A stretch of DNA of 64,000 nt from a virus (taxonomy: Duplodnaviria > Caudoviricetes): positions 1-64,000 of the IMG/VR virus record IMGVR_UViG_3300035522_000179. One strand, given 5' to 3'. Shown here piece after piece: positions 39,148-47,601 of the stretch (the first letter of the stretch is position 1; every line of letters starts with the position of its first letter). Below the pieces are notes generated by a model. That model was not told the origin of the DNA. It was given only the letters and a program-made list of their open reading frames with translations, and searched no databases. Position numbers and translations under genes: made by a program.

Positions 39148-41622
39148 TTATAATAATTCAGACATCTCTCGTTCAATTACTTCTAACACATCGATATCTT
39201 CAAATGTCGATTCCACTACGGGTCTCTCTTCCACTTTGGGATTTAAAATAGAATCTACAAAGTCATTAATTGCCGATTCCATTTTTTGATCTTCATCTGT
39301 TTCTTTGCTTTCTTTCAGATGTTCTACCCAGTCTTTCAGCGCGCCCATATAGCGTTTCTTCCATTTTTCAAATGCTTCATTCGGCGTTCCATCTTTTTCG
39401 TTGTAAGTATATGCTCTTACATAAATTCCAGTTGTATCGGAGTTTTTATTCAAATACCATCCTTCTGGAATCGTATCAAACTTATACTTCTTATCAAAGG
39501 TCAGTCGTGCAGTAGTGTAAATCTTTCCATGGTATACACCATCTCGATAACCATCTTCTTTAATTCTAGATCTATTATGTCCAGAGCAAGAATACTTCAC
39601 TGTATATCCAAGCTTATTCAAAAGATTTACGATGGGTTTAATATCCTCATCGATCTCATCTTCATCACTTTCTGTGACAACCAGTTCCTTATCAAAGTCA
39701 ATCTGATTCAAAACCTTCTCACAGATTTTTTCTGTTTCATTCTGAGAAACCAAATCGGTTGCAAATCGGTTCACTCTTTCTGTAAACTTGATATCATCCA
39801 GTTTGGTGTCAAACACAGATTCAAATACGTTATAGCAAGAATCAAACAAATTCGTACTAGGAGATTCATTGATCAGATCAACCATGTAATCAAACACATT
39901 ATCTGTATCAACACAAGCCTCTTCACAAACAGAATTGATCATAAACACCAATTCTTCTTTTCGGTTTTCAACGGATTCAGAGATGGTGTTGTAATTGCAA
40001 TCCTTTGCTTTCTTCATAAGAGAAAGTTTTTTATCACTCACCTCTTCAAAGGAATTTTCATAGTACGGATGATTCTCATTAAGAGTTCCATTATACGTGT
40101 CATTTACCCACTCGTTAATAATGATACTCTCCTTTCTAAAGTTCTTAACAGATTCCAAGACATCTTTTTCAGATTTCCTTTCTTCTCTTTCTTTCTTTTT
40201 CGCAGCTTCCTCTTTCTTTGCTCTCTTAACCTCTTTATAGTTTTCGATTGCATGATCAAAGGCGTTTTCTGCTTTATCTCGGTTTGCATCGTAGTTCGGA
40301 TCATCTTCCGGATCTTTTTCCAGAATCTTCTTTAACTTTCTTGCAGCGTCGCGAACATCGGATGCATCTGATTTCAATCCTAATTCTACCTTGTCTTCAA
40401 TTGCAGATTCTTTTACTGCACCTTGAATTTCATAAGAAATATCAACTCCAGTATTTACAGAACTAAATTCGCAGGTAATCAACATCTCTTTTATGCGTTT
40501 TATATAATGAGTGATCTGTCCATTTTCTTTTACTGGACTAAATCCACAAGAAGTGATGGTTTTCCGAATCATATTAGGATCTGCTTTATCGTTTGAAAAA
40601 GAAAATCCATATTTATTCTTTTTCGTGTTCAGACAAGATTTAAAACTAGTTGCATCATCTCCAGGATTAGAAAGTTTTAAATCTTTCTTCAACTTATCAA
40701 ACAGCTTTCTTGCTTCGGTATCAAAGGTGGGATTGTTTTTAAATACTGCAGCAGCTTCCGTAGTAACAAAGAGATTATTTGAACGGAACCATTGACCAGT
40801 ATATCCCAAAACGGATTCCAAAGAGTTAAACCTAGGAATCATTCTATCCTCTTCTCTTACCACATCCTCTGTTAAATCGTCTTCATTGGAATTAATTTCT
40901 GCATCTGTACTAGAAACCATATCCTTCACAGATACTCCGGAAAGATCTTTCGATAACACATTTCCAGTGAGAGGAATTACAGGAGCCATTGCACCAACAG
41001 ATTCATCGTCATTAAACAAAGACTGTGTAAATCCAGTGAGTACTGATGCATCCTCTAAAGTGATTGCGCCAGTAAGTGCTTTGCTACAGATTACTTTTTC
41101 GTATAAGTAATCTCTACTTACCCTTTCATCCGGAAAAGCACGGTAAAGATTTCTTGTAAGATCATCAAATCCATCCTCTCCAGCAGACTCGATGTATTTT
41201 GCAAGTTCATCTCTTTTCTCATCTGCTACAAGACTTGCCATCTTTCCTACCGTAGAATCGTTTTCCCAGGTAGATTCCAAAGTATAATCTTCATAAAAAG
41301 AATCTCCTTCCCTTCTTTTGATGATCTCTTTGAAAGGAAGAACTGCTTCTCCAAAGAATAAATTATTTACAGTTGGAATCTCATCTCCAAGCTCGGAAAC
41401 ATCCAATCCTCTTTCTACCAATGCTTCTTCATCTGCTCTTACAATATCAATCATTGCAAGGGCTTCGGATTCCGTAAGAAATCCAAAATTATAGTTGTCA
41501 TTAATTGCATCTAAAATTTTAATATCTTCTGCGACTTTCGCTTCCATGTAACGAGAAGTAAAAGGAATATCAAAAGTTGCAGGAATAGGTCGCATGTCAA
41601 AATTACTCATTTTTTCCACCAA
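39148..41622 (-). CDS. Large late protein rich in xES/xEA sites with a C-terminal TYW3-like domain; probable internal head protein
   Basis: Many MEA/LES/KES/TES motifs; EIDEDIKPIVNLLNKLGYTVKYSCSGH; late motif upstream. Confidence 0.55.
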   Translation of the reverse strand: MVEKMSNFDMRPIPATFDIPFTSRYMEAKVAEDIKILDAINDNYNFGFLTESEALAMIDIVRADEEALVERGLDVSELGDEIPTVNNLFFGEAVLPFKEIIKRREGDSFYEDYTLESTWENDSTVGKMASLVADEKRDELAKYIESAGEDGFDDLTRNLYRAFPDERVSRDYLYEKVICSKALTGAITLEDASVLTGFTQSLFNDDESVGAMAPVIPLTGNVLSKDLSGVSVKDMVSSTDAEINSNEDDLTEDVVREEDRMIPRFNSLESVLGYTGQWFRSNNLFVTTEAAAVFKNNPTFDTEARKLFDKLKKDLKLSNPGDDATSFKSCLNTKKNKYGFSFSNDKADPNMIRKTITSCGFSPVKENGQITHYIKRIKEMLITCEFSSVNTGVDISYEIQGAVKESAIEDKVELGLKSDASDVRDAARKLKKILEKDPEDDPNYDANRDKAENAFDHAIENYKEVKRAKKEEAAKKKEREERKSEKDVLESVKNFRKESIIINEWVNDTYNGTLNENHPYYENSFEEVSDKKLSLMKKAKDCNYNTISESVENRKEELVFMINSVCEEACVDTDNVFDYMVDLINESPSTNLFDSCYNVFESVFDTKLDDIKFTERVNRFATDLVSQNETEKICEKVLNQIDFDKELVVTESDEDEIDEDIKPIVNLLNKLGYTVKYSCSGHNRSRIKEDGYRDGVYHGKIYTTARLTFDKKYKFDTIPEGWYLNKNSDTTGIYVRAYTYNEKDGTPNEAFEKWKKRYMGALKDWVEHLKESKETDEDQKMESAINDFVDSILNPKVEERPVVESTFEDIDVLEVIEREMSELL

Positions 41623-41839
41623 CTTTCCATAGAATTATCAGATTGTTTTTGCATCTAAGGCAAACTAACATTAAAATAATGAAAATACCAAATAGACGTA
41701 AAATGCTTGTTTAAGTTTCTGATTTGTTTTAATCTCCCATTGTTTTTTGAATAAGGAAGACACTCTGTATGTAGTGTCTTCCTTATTCTTTTCGTTAAAT
41801 TTACACTGGGAAACAATTTTTTAAAGAGGTGAAGATAAT

Positions 41840-42199
41840 ATGATTACAAATACATCAAATATCTTTGAATTTAAAACAAAAGAAACAGGATATATTGCAA
41901 AAGCTTGTGCTGCGCCAGAAGCAGGAGAGAAAAGAGAAATTTATATTCCAAGACTTATGCCGAATATAAAATCAGGAACCCCAAAAACATCCACTCTATC
42001 TTCTAGAGGAAATTTGGTGTTTAAAAACGCACCCGCTTGTAAAGTTCAAGCAGCAACCGTTTTGAAATCCCAAAACTATATCATGGTTCCTTATGAGAAA
42101 AATAAAACATGGGATGATCCAGAAATTAAGAGTATGACCCAAATTACTTGCAATTGCAAAAATAACACCATTGCTGGAATCACATTCTCAAATGATTAG
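41840..42199 (+). CDS. Small late protein, possibly baseplate hub/spike-related
   Basis: IYIPRLMPNI; AACA-N6-TAA at 41812-41824; adjacent to the gp53-like gene. Confidence 0.4.
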   Translation: MITNTSNIFEFKTKETGYIAKACAAPEAGEKREIYIPRLMPNIKSGTPKTSTLSSRGNLVFKNAPACKVQAATVLKSQNYIMVPYEKNKTWDDPEIKSMTQITCNCKNNTIAGITFSND

Positions 42200-42210
42200 A
42201 GGAGTAAACT

Positions 42211-42630
42211 ATGAGTACACAAAATAGTAGTACACTGGAAACCCAGGTATATAATGAATTGAAAAATGATTTGATTTATAGGGATTTAAATTCTACGCTT
42301 GAAATATTAGATCGAGAGAGCAATGAAAAGATTGTAATACCTTATATTTCTACGGTATCAAAATATATGGATTTTTTAAAATCAATTATATTAGAAGTGG
42401 AATTGACAGATATTCAATATGAGAGATATCGGCAAAATCCTCATGCGGTATCGGAAGCATTGTATGGAACAACGCAGTATTGGGATATCTTACTGAAACT
42501 AAACAACTGTGTTAGTAGATTTGAGTTCAACAAAAAGAAAATCAAATACTACGACCCATTAGAATTAGTGACGTATTTGAATGAGTTAGTGATAAAAGAA
42601 GACGAACTTGCAAATACAAGTTCGTACTAA
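42211..42630 (+). CDS. Baseplate wedge protein (T4 gp53/LysM-like)
   Basis: YRQNPHAVSEALYGTTQYWDILLKLNN. Confidence 0.65.
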   Translation: MSTQNSSTLETQVYNELKNDLIYRDLNSTLEILDRESNEKIVIPYISTVSKYMDFLKSIILEVELTDIQYERYRQNPHAVSEALYGTTQYWDILLKLNNCVSRFEFNKKKIKYYDPLELVTYLNELVIKEDELANTSSY

Positions 42631-42654
42631 TTTTTATAATTTACCCCCCCCCCC

Positions 42655-42698
42655 CCTGTATAAAACAATAATACTAAAGTATTATTGTTTTATACAGG
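42655..42698. repeat. 44-bp palindrome, copy 3 (core AA)
   Basis: Identical to copy 1. Confidence 0.95.
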
Positions 42699-42728
42699 TT
42701 GACTCATTCTTATTCTAAAAAGGAGAAA

Positions 42729-43556
42729 ATGAATATGGATAAATTTACAGAGTTATATTGCGCAGTAGAATCGGTTAATGAAGATAATTATTACGTAGAA
42801 AAAATGTCTGCAGACGCTAGTTCGAAACTTAAAAAAGCTGCAGCAATAGCAGGTGTTGGAGTACTTGTTTCTGGTATTGTTGGACTTGTTGCTACAGATA
42901 GTAAGAGGACAGAATATGGATATAATAAAAATCCTGAGATGAAAGTTCTTCGAGATCAAATTCTCAAGAGAGAAAAAGAACTCAAAAAAGCAGTAACTAA
43001 CCTTGAACAACAAACAAAAAGGGTGGAAGCAATTGCACAAAGTTACAATACAATTGCAAACCAAATTGGAAAAGTTACTATTACATTGGAGGAAAACTCC
43101 AATGCAGGGTTAAGCATTAAAGAAGAGAATAAAATTGGATTTATTAGGGGAAAGAGTTCCGAAAAGGAAAATCCGAATTATTCTACGAAAATCTATATGG
43201 ATGCTTCTAAAAAAAGAGAAATCTTAAATATGGAAGTTGAAAAATACAATGTGCTAGTTAAAGAAGTAAACGATATTTATAAAGATTTACAGAAGTTGCT
43301 CAAAAAATTCAATAGCGCTGTGAAGATGTTGAAAGTGTCACCTAAAGTACAGGCAAAACTTACTGAAGAATTGAGTAAGATTGAAGAAAGATATAGTGAC
43401 GCTTTAACCGATATTAATGAAAGAAATGCCCAGTTTTCTAAATTTGTGAGAGAATCGGAAGAAGATACAAATGCAAAACTTTTTGTCCATGAGTCTTATC
43501 GATGTGGTGATATTACAGAAGAGGAAAGGGACATTCTTCTGGATCTTATGGACTAA
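42729..43556 (+). CDS. Tagged cassette protein, type B (TM plus coiled coil)
   Basis: MNMDKFTELYCAVESVNEDNYYVEKMS; ends VHESYRCGDITEEERDILLDLMD. Confidence 0.85.
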   Translation: MNMDKFTELYCAVESVNEDNYYVEKMSADASSKLKKAAAIAGVGVLVSGIVGLVATDSKRTEYGYNKNPEMKVLRDQILKREKELKKAVTNLEQQTKRVEAIAQSYNTIANQIGKVTITLEENSNAGLSIKEENKIGFIRGKSSEKENPNYSTKIYMDASKKREILNMEVEKYNVLVKEVNDIYKDLQKLLKKFNSAVKMLKVSPKVQAKLTEELSKIEERYSDALTDINERNAQFSKFVRESEEDTNAKLFVHESYRCGDITEEERDILLDLMD

Positions 43557-43619
43557 TAAAACAATAAATGACCATGAACTTATCGATTATGATAAGTTCA
43601 TGGTCATATTTTTATTACA

Positions 43620-44138
43620 TTAAATCATTTCCAAGAGAATATCTCTTTCTTCTTCACTGATTTCTCCATACCTACAGGATTCATAAATCTCCAAACGAAG
43701 ATCATCCACAGATTCTTTGATTCCTTTGAGTTCTTTCTGTTGGTCTAAATATCTGCCTGCTTTGTATCGTTCTTCCGGAGATTTTCCAACATCACCATGC
43801 TTTTTCATCCAATTTTTTTTAACACATTTAAAAGCAAATCTATCTCCGTAAGGTTCATCGTCATTTTTAAATCCATGTCTACTGTAATCTTTCAAACTAC
43901 TCATTCCGTCAACACTGTCATTATATCTACCTACTGCATGGGATCCTTTTTCAAAATGATCTTCAGCTTTCTTTCGTAATTCTTTTTTATATTCAGGGTC
44001 ATCTGCGTTATTAGCTAGTCTATTAAGTAATATATGCTTTTTTACATCCTTTTTATATTCATCCTGTAATTTATTTGCATATTTATTATATGCATTTGCT
44101 TCCATCACGACATCATACAATTCATCAAAATTAGCCAT
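43620..44138 (-). CDS. Tagged cassette protein, type A
   Basis: MANFDELYDVVMEANAYNKYANKL...EIYESCRYGEISEEERDILLEMI. Confidence 0.85.
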   Translation of the reverse strand: MANFDELYDVVMEANAYNKYANKLQDEYKKDVKKHILLNRLANNADDPEYKKELRKKAEDHFEKGSHAVGRYNDSVDGMSSLKDYSRHGFKNDDEPYGDRFAFKCVKKNWMKKHGDVGKSPEERYKAGRYLDQQKELKGIKESVDDLRLEIYESCRYGEISEEERDILLEMI

Positions 44139-44186
44139 AATTATTTCCCTCTCTTTTTACAGATTTTATTGGTCTACATTTCTGTA

Positions 44187-44230
44187 CCTGTATAAAACAA
44201 TAATACTAAAGTATTATTGTTTTATACAGG
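44187..44230. repeat. 44-bp palindrome, copy 4 (core AA)
   Basis: Identical to copy 1. Confidence 0.95.
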
Positions 44231-44259
44231 GGGGGGGTAAATTATAAAAAACTTCAAAA

Positions 44260-44302
44260 AAAATAAGCTAAGAGATGTATGTTGCATCTCTTAGCTTATT
44301 TT
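44260..44302. terminator. Bidirectional terminator
   Basis: aaaataagctaagagatg / catctcttagcttatttt. Confidence 0.75.
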
Positions 44303-44319
44303 CTATTCCTTGCTTTGTA

Positions 44320-44454
44320 CTACTTGTTCTCTTCATACCATTCCCGGTATTCATCCTCGGTTGAGAATAACTGATACGCATCGAACCCTTTTTCATCTTT
44401 CCCAATAAAGCCTTCACAACCATTTGATACAAGATAAAATTTGTACTCTAACAT
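44320..44454 (-). CDS. 44-aa protein (not in ORF track)
   Basis: MLEYKFYLVSNGCEGFIGKDEKGFDAYQLFSTEDEYREWYEENK; aggaaaggag RBS. Confidence 0.65.
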   Translation of the reverse strand: MLEYKFYLVSNGCEGFIGKDEKGFDAYQLFSTEDEYREWYEENK

Positions 44455-44707
44455 ATTTTTCTCCTTTCCTTTGGTGGCTTAAAACAGTTTATTAATTTCA
44501 TGTTTTGAGACATTTGAAAATAGTGATAAATAGTGCAAAGAACTTTTATAATTGAGTATGTATACATTTATACATACTCAATTATCTGTGTATTTCATGC
44601 AAATAATATATGAATCAATTTTCCTTGTTTTCAATTTATTTTTATATACTAAAATACACTTCATTAATCACAAGAAACTGATAAAATGAAGAAAGGATGG
44701 TATTAAC

Positions 44708-45079
44708 ATGAGTTTAATATCAGCAGAACGATTACATAGATGGAAATGTGTCTATTGTGGATCAAAGGATAAAAACATTGTGAATATACTTGCTCCGCTT
44801 GCGGAAGGAGAAGAAAATCTTGTAGGATCGACTGGTGAAGTAAATGGAAATAAGTTGGGTTCTGCTATGAAGATTGTGACCTGTTCTCAGTGCGGACATA
44901 CGGATATTTTTTCACATTCCGCTCTTATGGCAGGGCATATTCTTAGGAATGAAAAAATTCCAACATTTACGGAATCGGAAAACTATGTCAAAAAATTCCA
45001 TGATAAAAATCACAACGATCCTCTTAGAAATCCACACAATGAACACCCATCAACGACAACACCTAAAAATACCATTTAA
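44708..45079 (+). CDS. Zn-ribbon protein
   Basis: CVYCG...CSQCGHT. Confidence 0.65.
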   Translation: MSLISAERLHRWKCVYCGSKDKNIVNILAPLAEGEENLVGSTGEVNGNKLGSAMKIVTCSQCGHTDIFSHSALMAGHILRNEKIPTFTESENYVKKFHDKNHNDPLRNPHNEHPSTTTPKNTI

Positions 45080-45136
45080 CAAGGAAGGAAGAATACTCAG
45101 TTAAATTACAAAATAAGAAAAGGACGGTAAACTAAC

Positions 45137-45904
45137 TTGAGTATTAATTTTATGAATGATGAGGAAAAATATGAATCTAGTTCCTTTCTCTCTAAGGTAC
45201 CTGTGTCGTTATTAAAAGAAAACATTACAACGCAATTTAAAGATCCTGAGAATTTTCGAATTGATTATGTATCGTCATTTATTGATTCTTTTAATTATTC
45301 GATCGGATCGATTGAAGATTCCGATGAGGAAGAAGAATTGCTTACCTTACATGATGATTTCATAGAGTTTATGGAATCCATGATCTATGAAAAATTAGGA
45401 GTAGGAATTGAAGGATTAGAAGAACTCAGTAGACAAGATCAGGAAGATTTGATTTTGTTTACCTATCGATTCTTTATCATCAATATCCGAAAGAACTTCT
45501 TTAACCTGTTCTTTAATTATATCAAAGAGCACAAAGAAGAATTACTTGCAAATGCAAAACGCTATAAGGATGTCACTAGTCAGGCGTTTAAAAAAGAGAT
45601 TAGTGAGGAAGACACTACAATCCTTGCAAACTTGTCAGAGTTTATGGATTGCGCTATACAGGATGATCGATTAACGATTGATGATTTTTTCCGTTATTGT
45701 GAGGGAGATAAGTCGTGTGTAGAAACGATGTTTGTAACAAAGGCATTTGATGATTTTACGTTAACAGGAAACTTTATTAAGACCTATGCAAAATTAGTAA
45801 GACCTACTATGCGAATTCGTATTGAAGCGGAAATTCGAAATAATATCTTGAAAAAATACCGAGAAGCGGCTCCAGAACTTTCGGAGTATCAATTAGAAGA
45901 TTAA
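45137..45904 (+). CDS. Hypothetical protein
   Basis: 255-aa ORF, TTG start with RBS. Confidence 0.7.
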   Translation: MSINFMNDEEKYESSSFLSKVPVSLLKENITTQFKDPENFRIDYVSSFIDSFNYSIGSIEDSDEEEELLTLHDDFIEFMESMIYEKLGVGIEGLEELSRQDQEDLILFTYRFFIINIRKNFFNLFFNYIKEHKEELLANAKRYKDVTSQAFKKEISEEDTTILANLSEFMDCAIQDDRLTIDDFFRYCEGDKSCVETMFVTKAFDDFTLTGNFIKTYAKLVRPTMRIRIEAEIRNNILKKYREAAPELSEYQLED

Positions 45905-45972
45905 CAAGCAAAAAAGAAAAATAAACATATACTATTTTCGTGAATAATTAATAGAAAGGTGGATTTAAGTTT

Positions 45973-46779
45973 ATGTGGGGAACAAATCAAAACCGTATGA
46001 ACAACAGCCAAGACACAAACGTAAACACAATACTGCGTACATCATCATCGGATACTTCATCCTTAACGATTTCTTTATGGAATCAGAATATCAGTTTGAA
46101 GATTCGTCCCGCCGTTGGTGTGGATGGAAATGGAATTACCCAATATGATAAGGGTAGATCTGGAAATACTGCTCTGACACAAGAAGCAGCAGCTTCCTTG
46201 TTTGAAGAGTTTAAGAATGTTATTCTTCCGGTTTACAACAAGGTCGTTTTGGAAGGGGAACCCTGCCCGGAGAACCTTGGAATTGTTGTAGAGACGGGAA
46301 GAGATGCAAAGAGGAATTTGGTTGGTATTGAGATGAGACCTTCCAAAGATGAAAGAGATACAACACCGGATATGTATTTCGTTCTTTATGGAATGGTGGA
46401 TGAGAATGGAACTGCTGTAGAAGCAAACACCTTCCGTCACAAATTCCAAAAGAGACTGGTGAAGGTAGGATATAATCCTATGAATGGTGTTTCCCAAAGA
46501 GAGATTCGTTCCAATTCGGATTTTAATCTCTTTTTGAATATCATTGGAAAGACAGAGTTGCTTCTTCCTTATTCGGAGCACGTATCAAAATATAACAAAG
46601 AAAGATTTAAAGGAACAAGTTCAAATTCTGGATCCTTTGGACAGAGCGGAGGATTTCCGAGTGGCTCTCTTCCTCAGTCTTCTGGAACCAACTTTAGTTC
46701 CAATGGTCCTTCCAGTTATGGAGGATTTGGAGGAGCAAGTAACTTTGGTCTCGACAACGGAGAGATTCCGTTTAATTAA
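45973..46779 (+). CDS. Single-stranded DNA-binding protein (putative)
   Basis: Gly/Ser-rich disordered tail ending DNGEIPFN, like the SSB C-terminal DIPF motif. Confidence 0.6.
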   Translation: MWGTNQNRMNNSQDTNVNTILRTSSSDTSSLTISLWNQNISLKIRPAVGVDGNGITQYDKGRSGNTALTQEAAASLFEEFKNVILPVYNKVVLEGEPCPENLGIVVETGRDAKRNLVGIEMRPSKDERDTTPDMYFVLYGMVDENGTAVEANTFRHKFQKRLVKVGYNPMNGVSQREIRSNSDFNLFLNIIGKTELLLPYSEHVSKYNKERFKGTSSNSGSFGQSGGFPSGSLPQSSGTNFSSNGPSSYGGFGGASNFGLDNGEIPFN

Positions 46780-46837
46780 AAAGAAAAGGAAGAAGAGTTT
46801 TTATCTTCTTCCTTTTTTTATATTTTGGAGGATAATT

Positions 46838-47542
46838 ATGGTAGATAAAAACGATATTCGATTTTGTTCTTCTGCCACACTGTTTCAAAATTCCACCTGT
46901 GTGTTTGCAGAATATCTAGATTGTGTGCAACTGTCTGGAATGGTTTTATTAGATACCATAAGAAAAAGCACAAAGTTAGAAAAATACCTTGACTTAGAAT
47001 TAATTCGATATTTGGAATTGCCATCTTTATTGGAGTACTATATCAATCGAAAAGATAAAAATCCTTTGGCGGATTTATGGAAAGGAGATAGTGTTCCATA
47101 TGAAGAGTTGGATGAACAGGTAAGAGAATTTTATCGATCAAATGAAATCTTTTTTGATGTACAGTTAACAACCACGGTTCATCCGTTGTTAAAAAACTTA
47201 TTAGCAAATGCTCTTACTAATGATATTCGAATCTATTGTGAAGAACCTTATCCAGGATTAGAAAACGATATAAAAGAAAAATTTGATGGGAAGGCAACCC
47301 TTGTAACAGGAAAGCTGGAAGATGTTTTGCAAACTATTCCTGGAGATACCACTTATTTTTTTGCAGACATTATGAATGTCCTTACCTTGGAGGAAGTCGG
47401 GAAACTGGATTACTCCGCAATTATGATTCCTTCGGATTATGGTTACAACTATGATGACTCCGAAGAAAAGAAGTTTTTAGTAGATATGAATCAGCTAGCA
47501 GAAAAGCATATTTTCAAATGGGGAACCTACAAAACTTGTTGA
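46838..47542 (+). CDS. Hypothetical protein
   Basis: ATG at 46838 with ggagg RBS (the track start at 46544 overlaps SSB). Confidence 0.7.
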   Translation: MVDKNDIRFCSSATLFQNSTCVFAEYLDCVQLSGMVLLDTIRKSTKLEKYLDLELIRYLELPSLLEYYINRKDKNPLADLWKGDSVPYEELDEQVREFYRSNEIFFDVQLTTTVHPLLKNLLANALTNDIRIYCEEPYPGLENDIKEKFDGKATLVTGKLEDVLQTIPGDTTYFFADIMNVLTLEEVGKLDYSAIMIPSDYGYNYDDSEEKKFLVDMNQLAEKHIFKWGTYKTC

Positions 47543-47601
47543 TTTCTAATGATCTTAAAAACAGAACCTTAACAAATTTCAGTTTTAGAAAGGAAGAACA
47601 A

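Larger units (their letters stand above)
42631..44250. mobile_element. Candidate non-autonomous insertion unit bounded by about 65-bp inverted repeats, two cargo genes
   Basis: tttttataattta-C13-palindrome at left, palindrome-G9-taaattataaaaa at right; lies between a stop codon and the next terminator. Confidence 0.55.

Noticed and set aside
39286-40335. 349-aa plus-strand ORF
   Set aside because: Antisense to the 824-aa gene; its Phe/Ile-rich composition mirrors Lys/Glu/Asp codons.
33166-44138. Paralog array as a diversity-generating retroelement
   Set aside because: No reverse transcriptase in the window, and the differences include indels and are not adenine-restricted.
33691-44230. 44-bp repeats as a CRISPR array
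   Set aside because: Copies are 1.5-4.8 kb apart and separated by genes rather than spacers; no cas genes.
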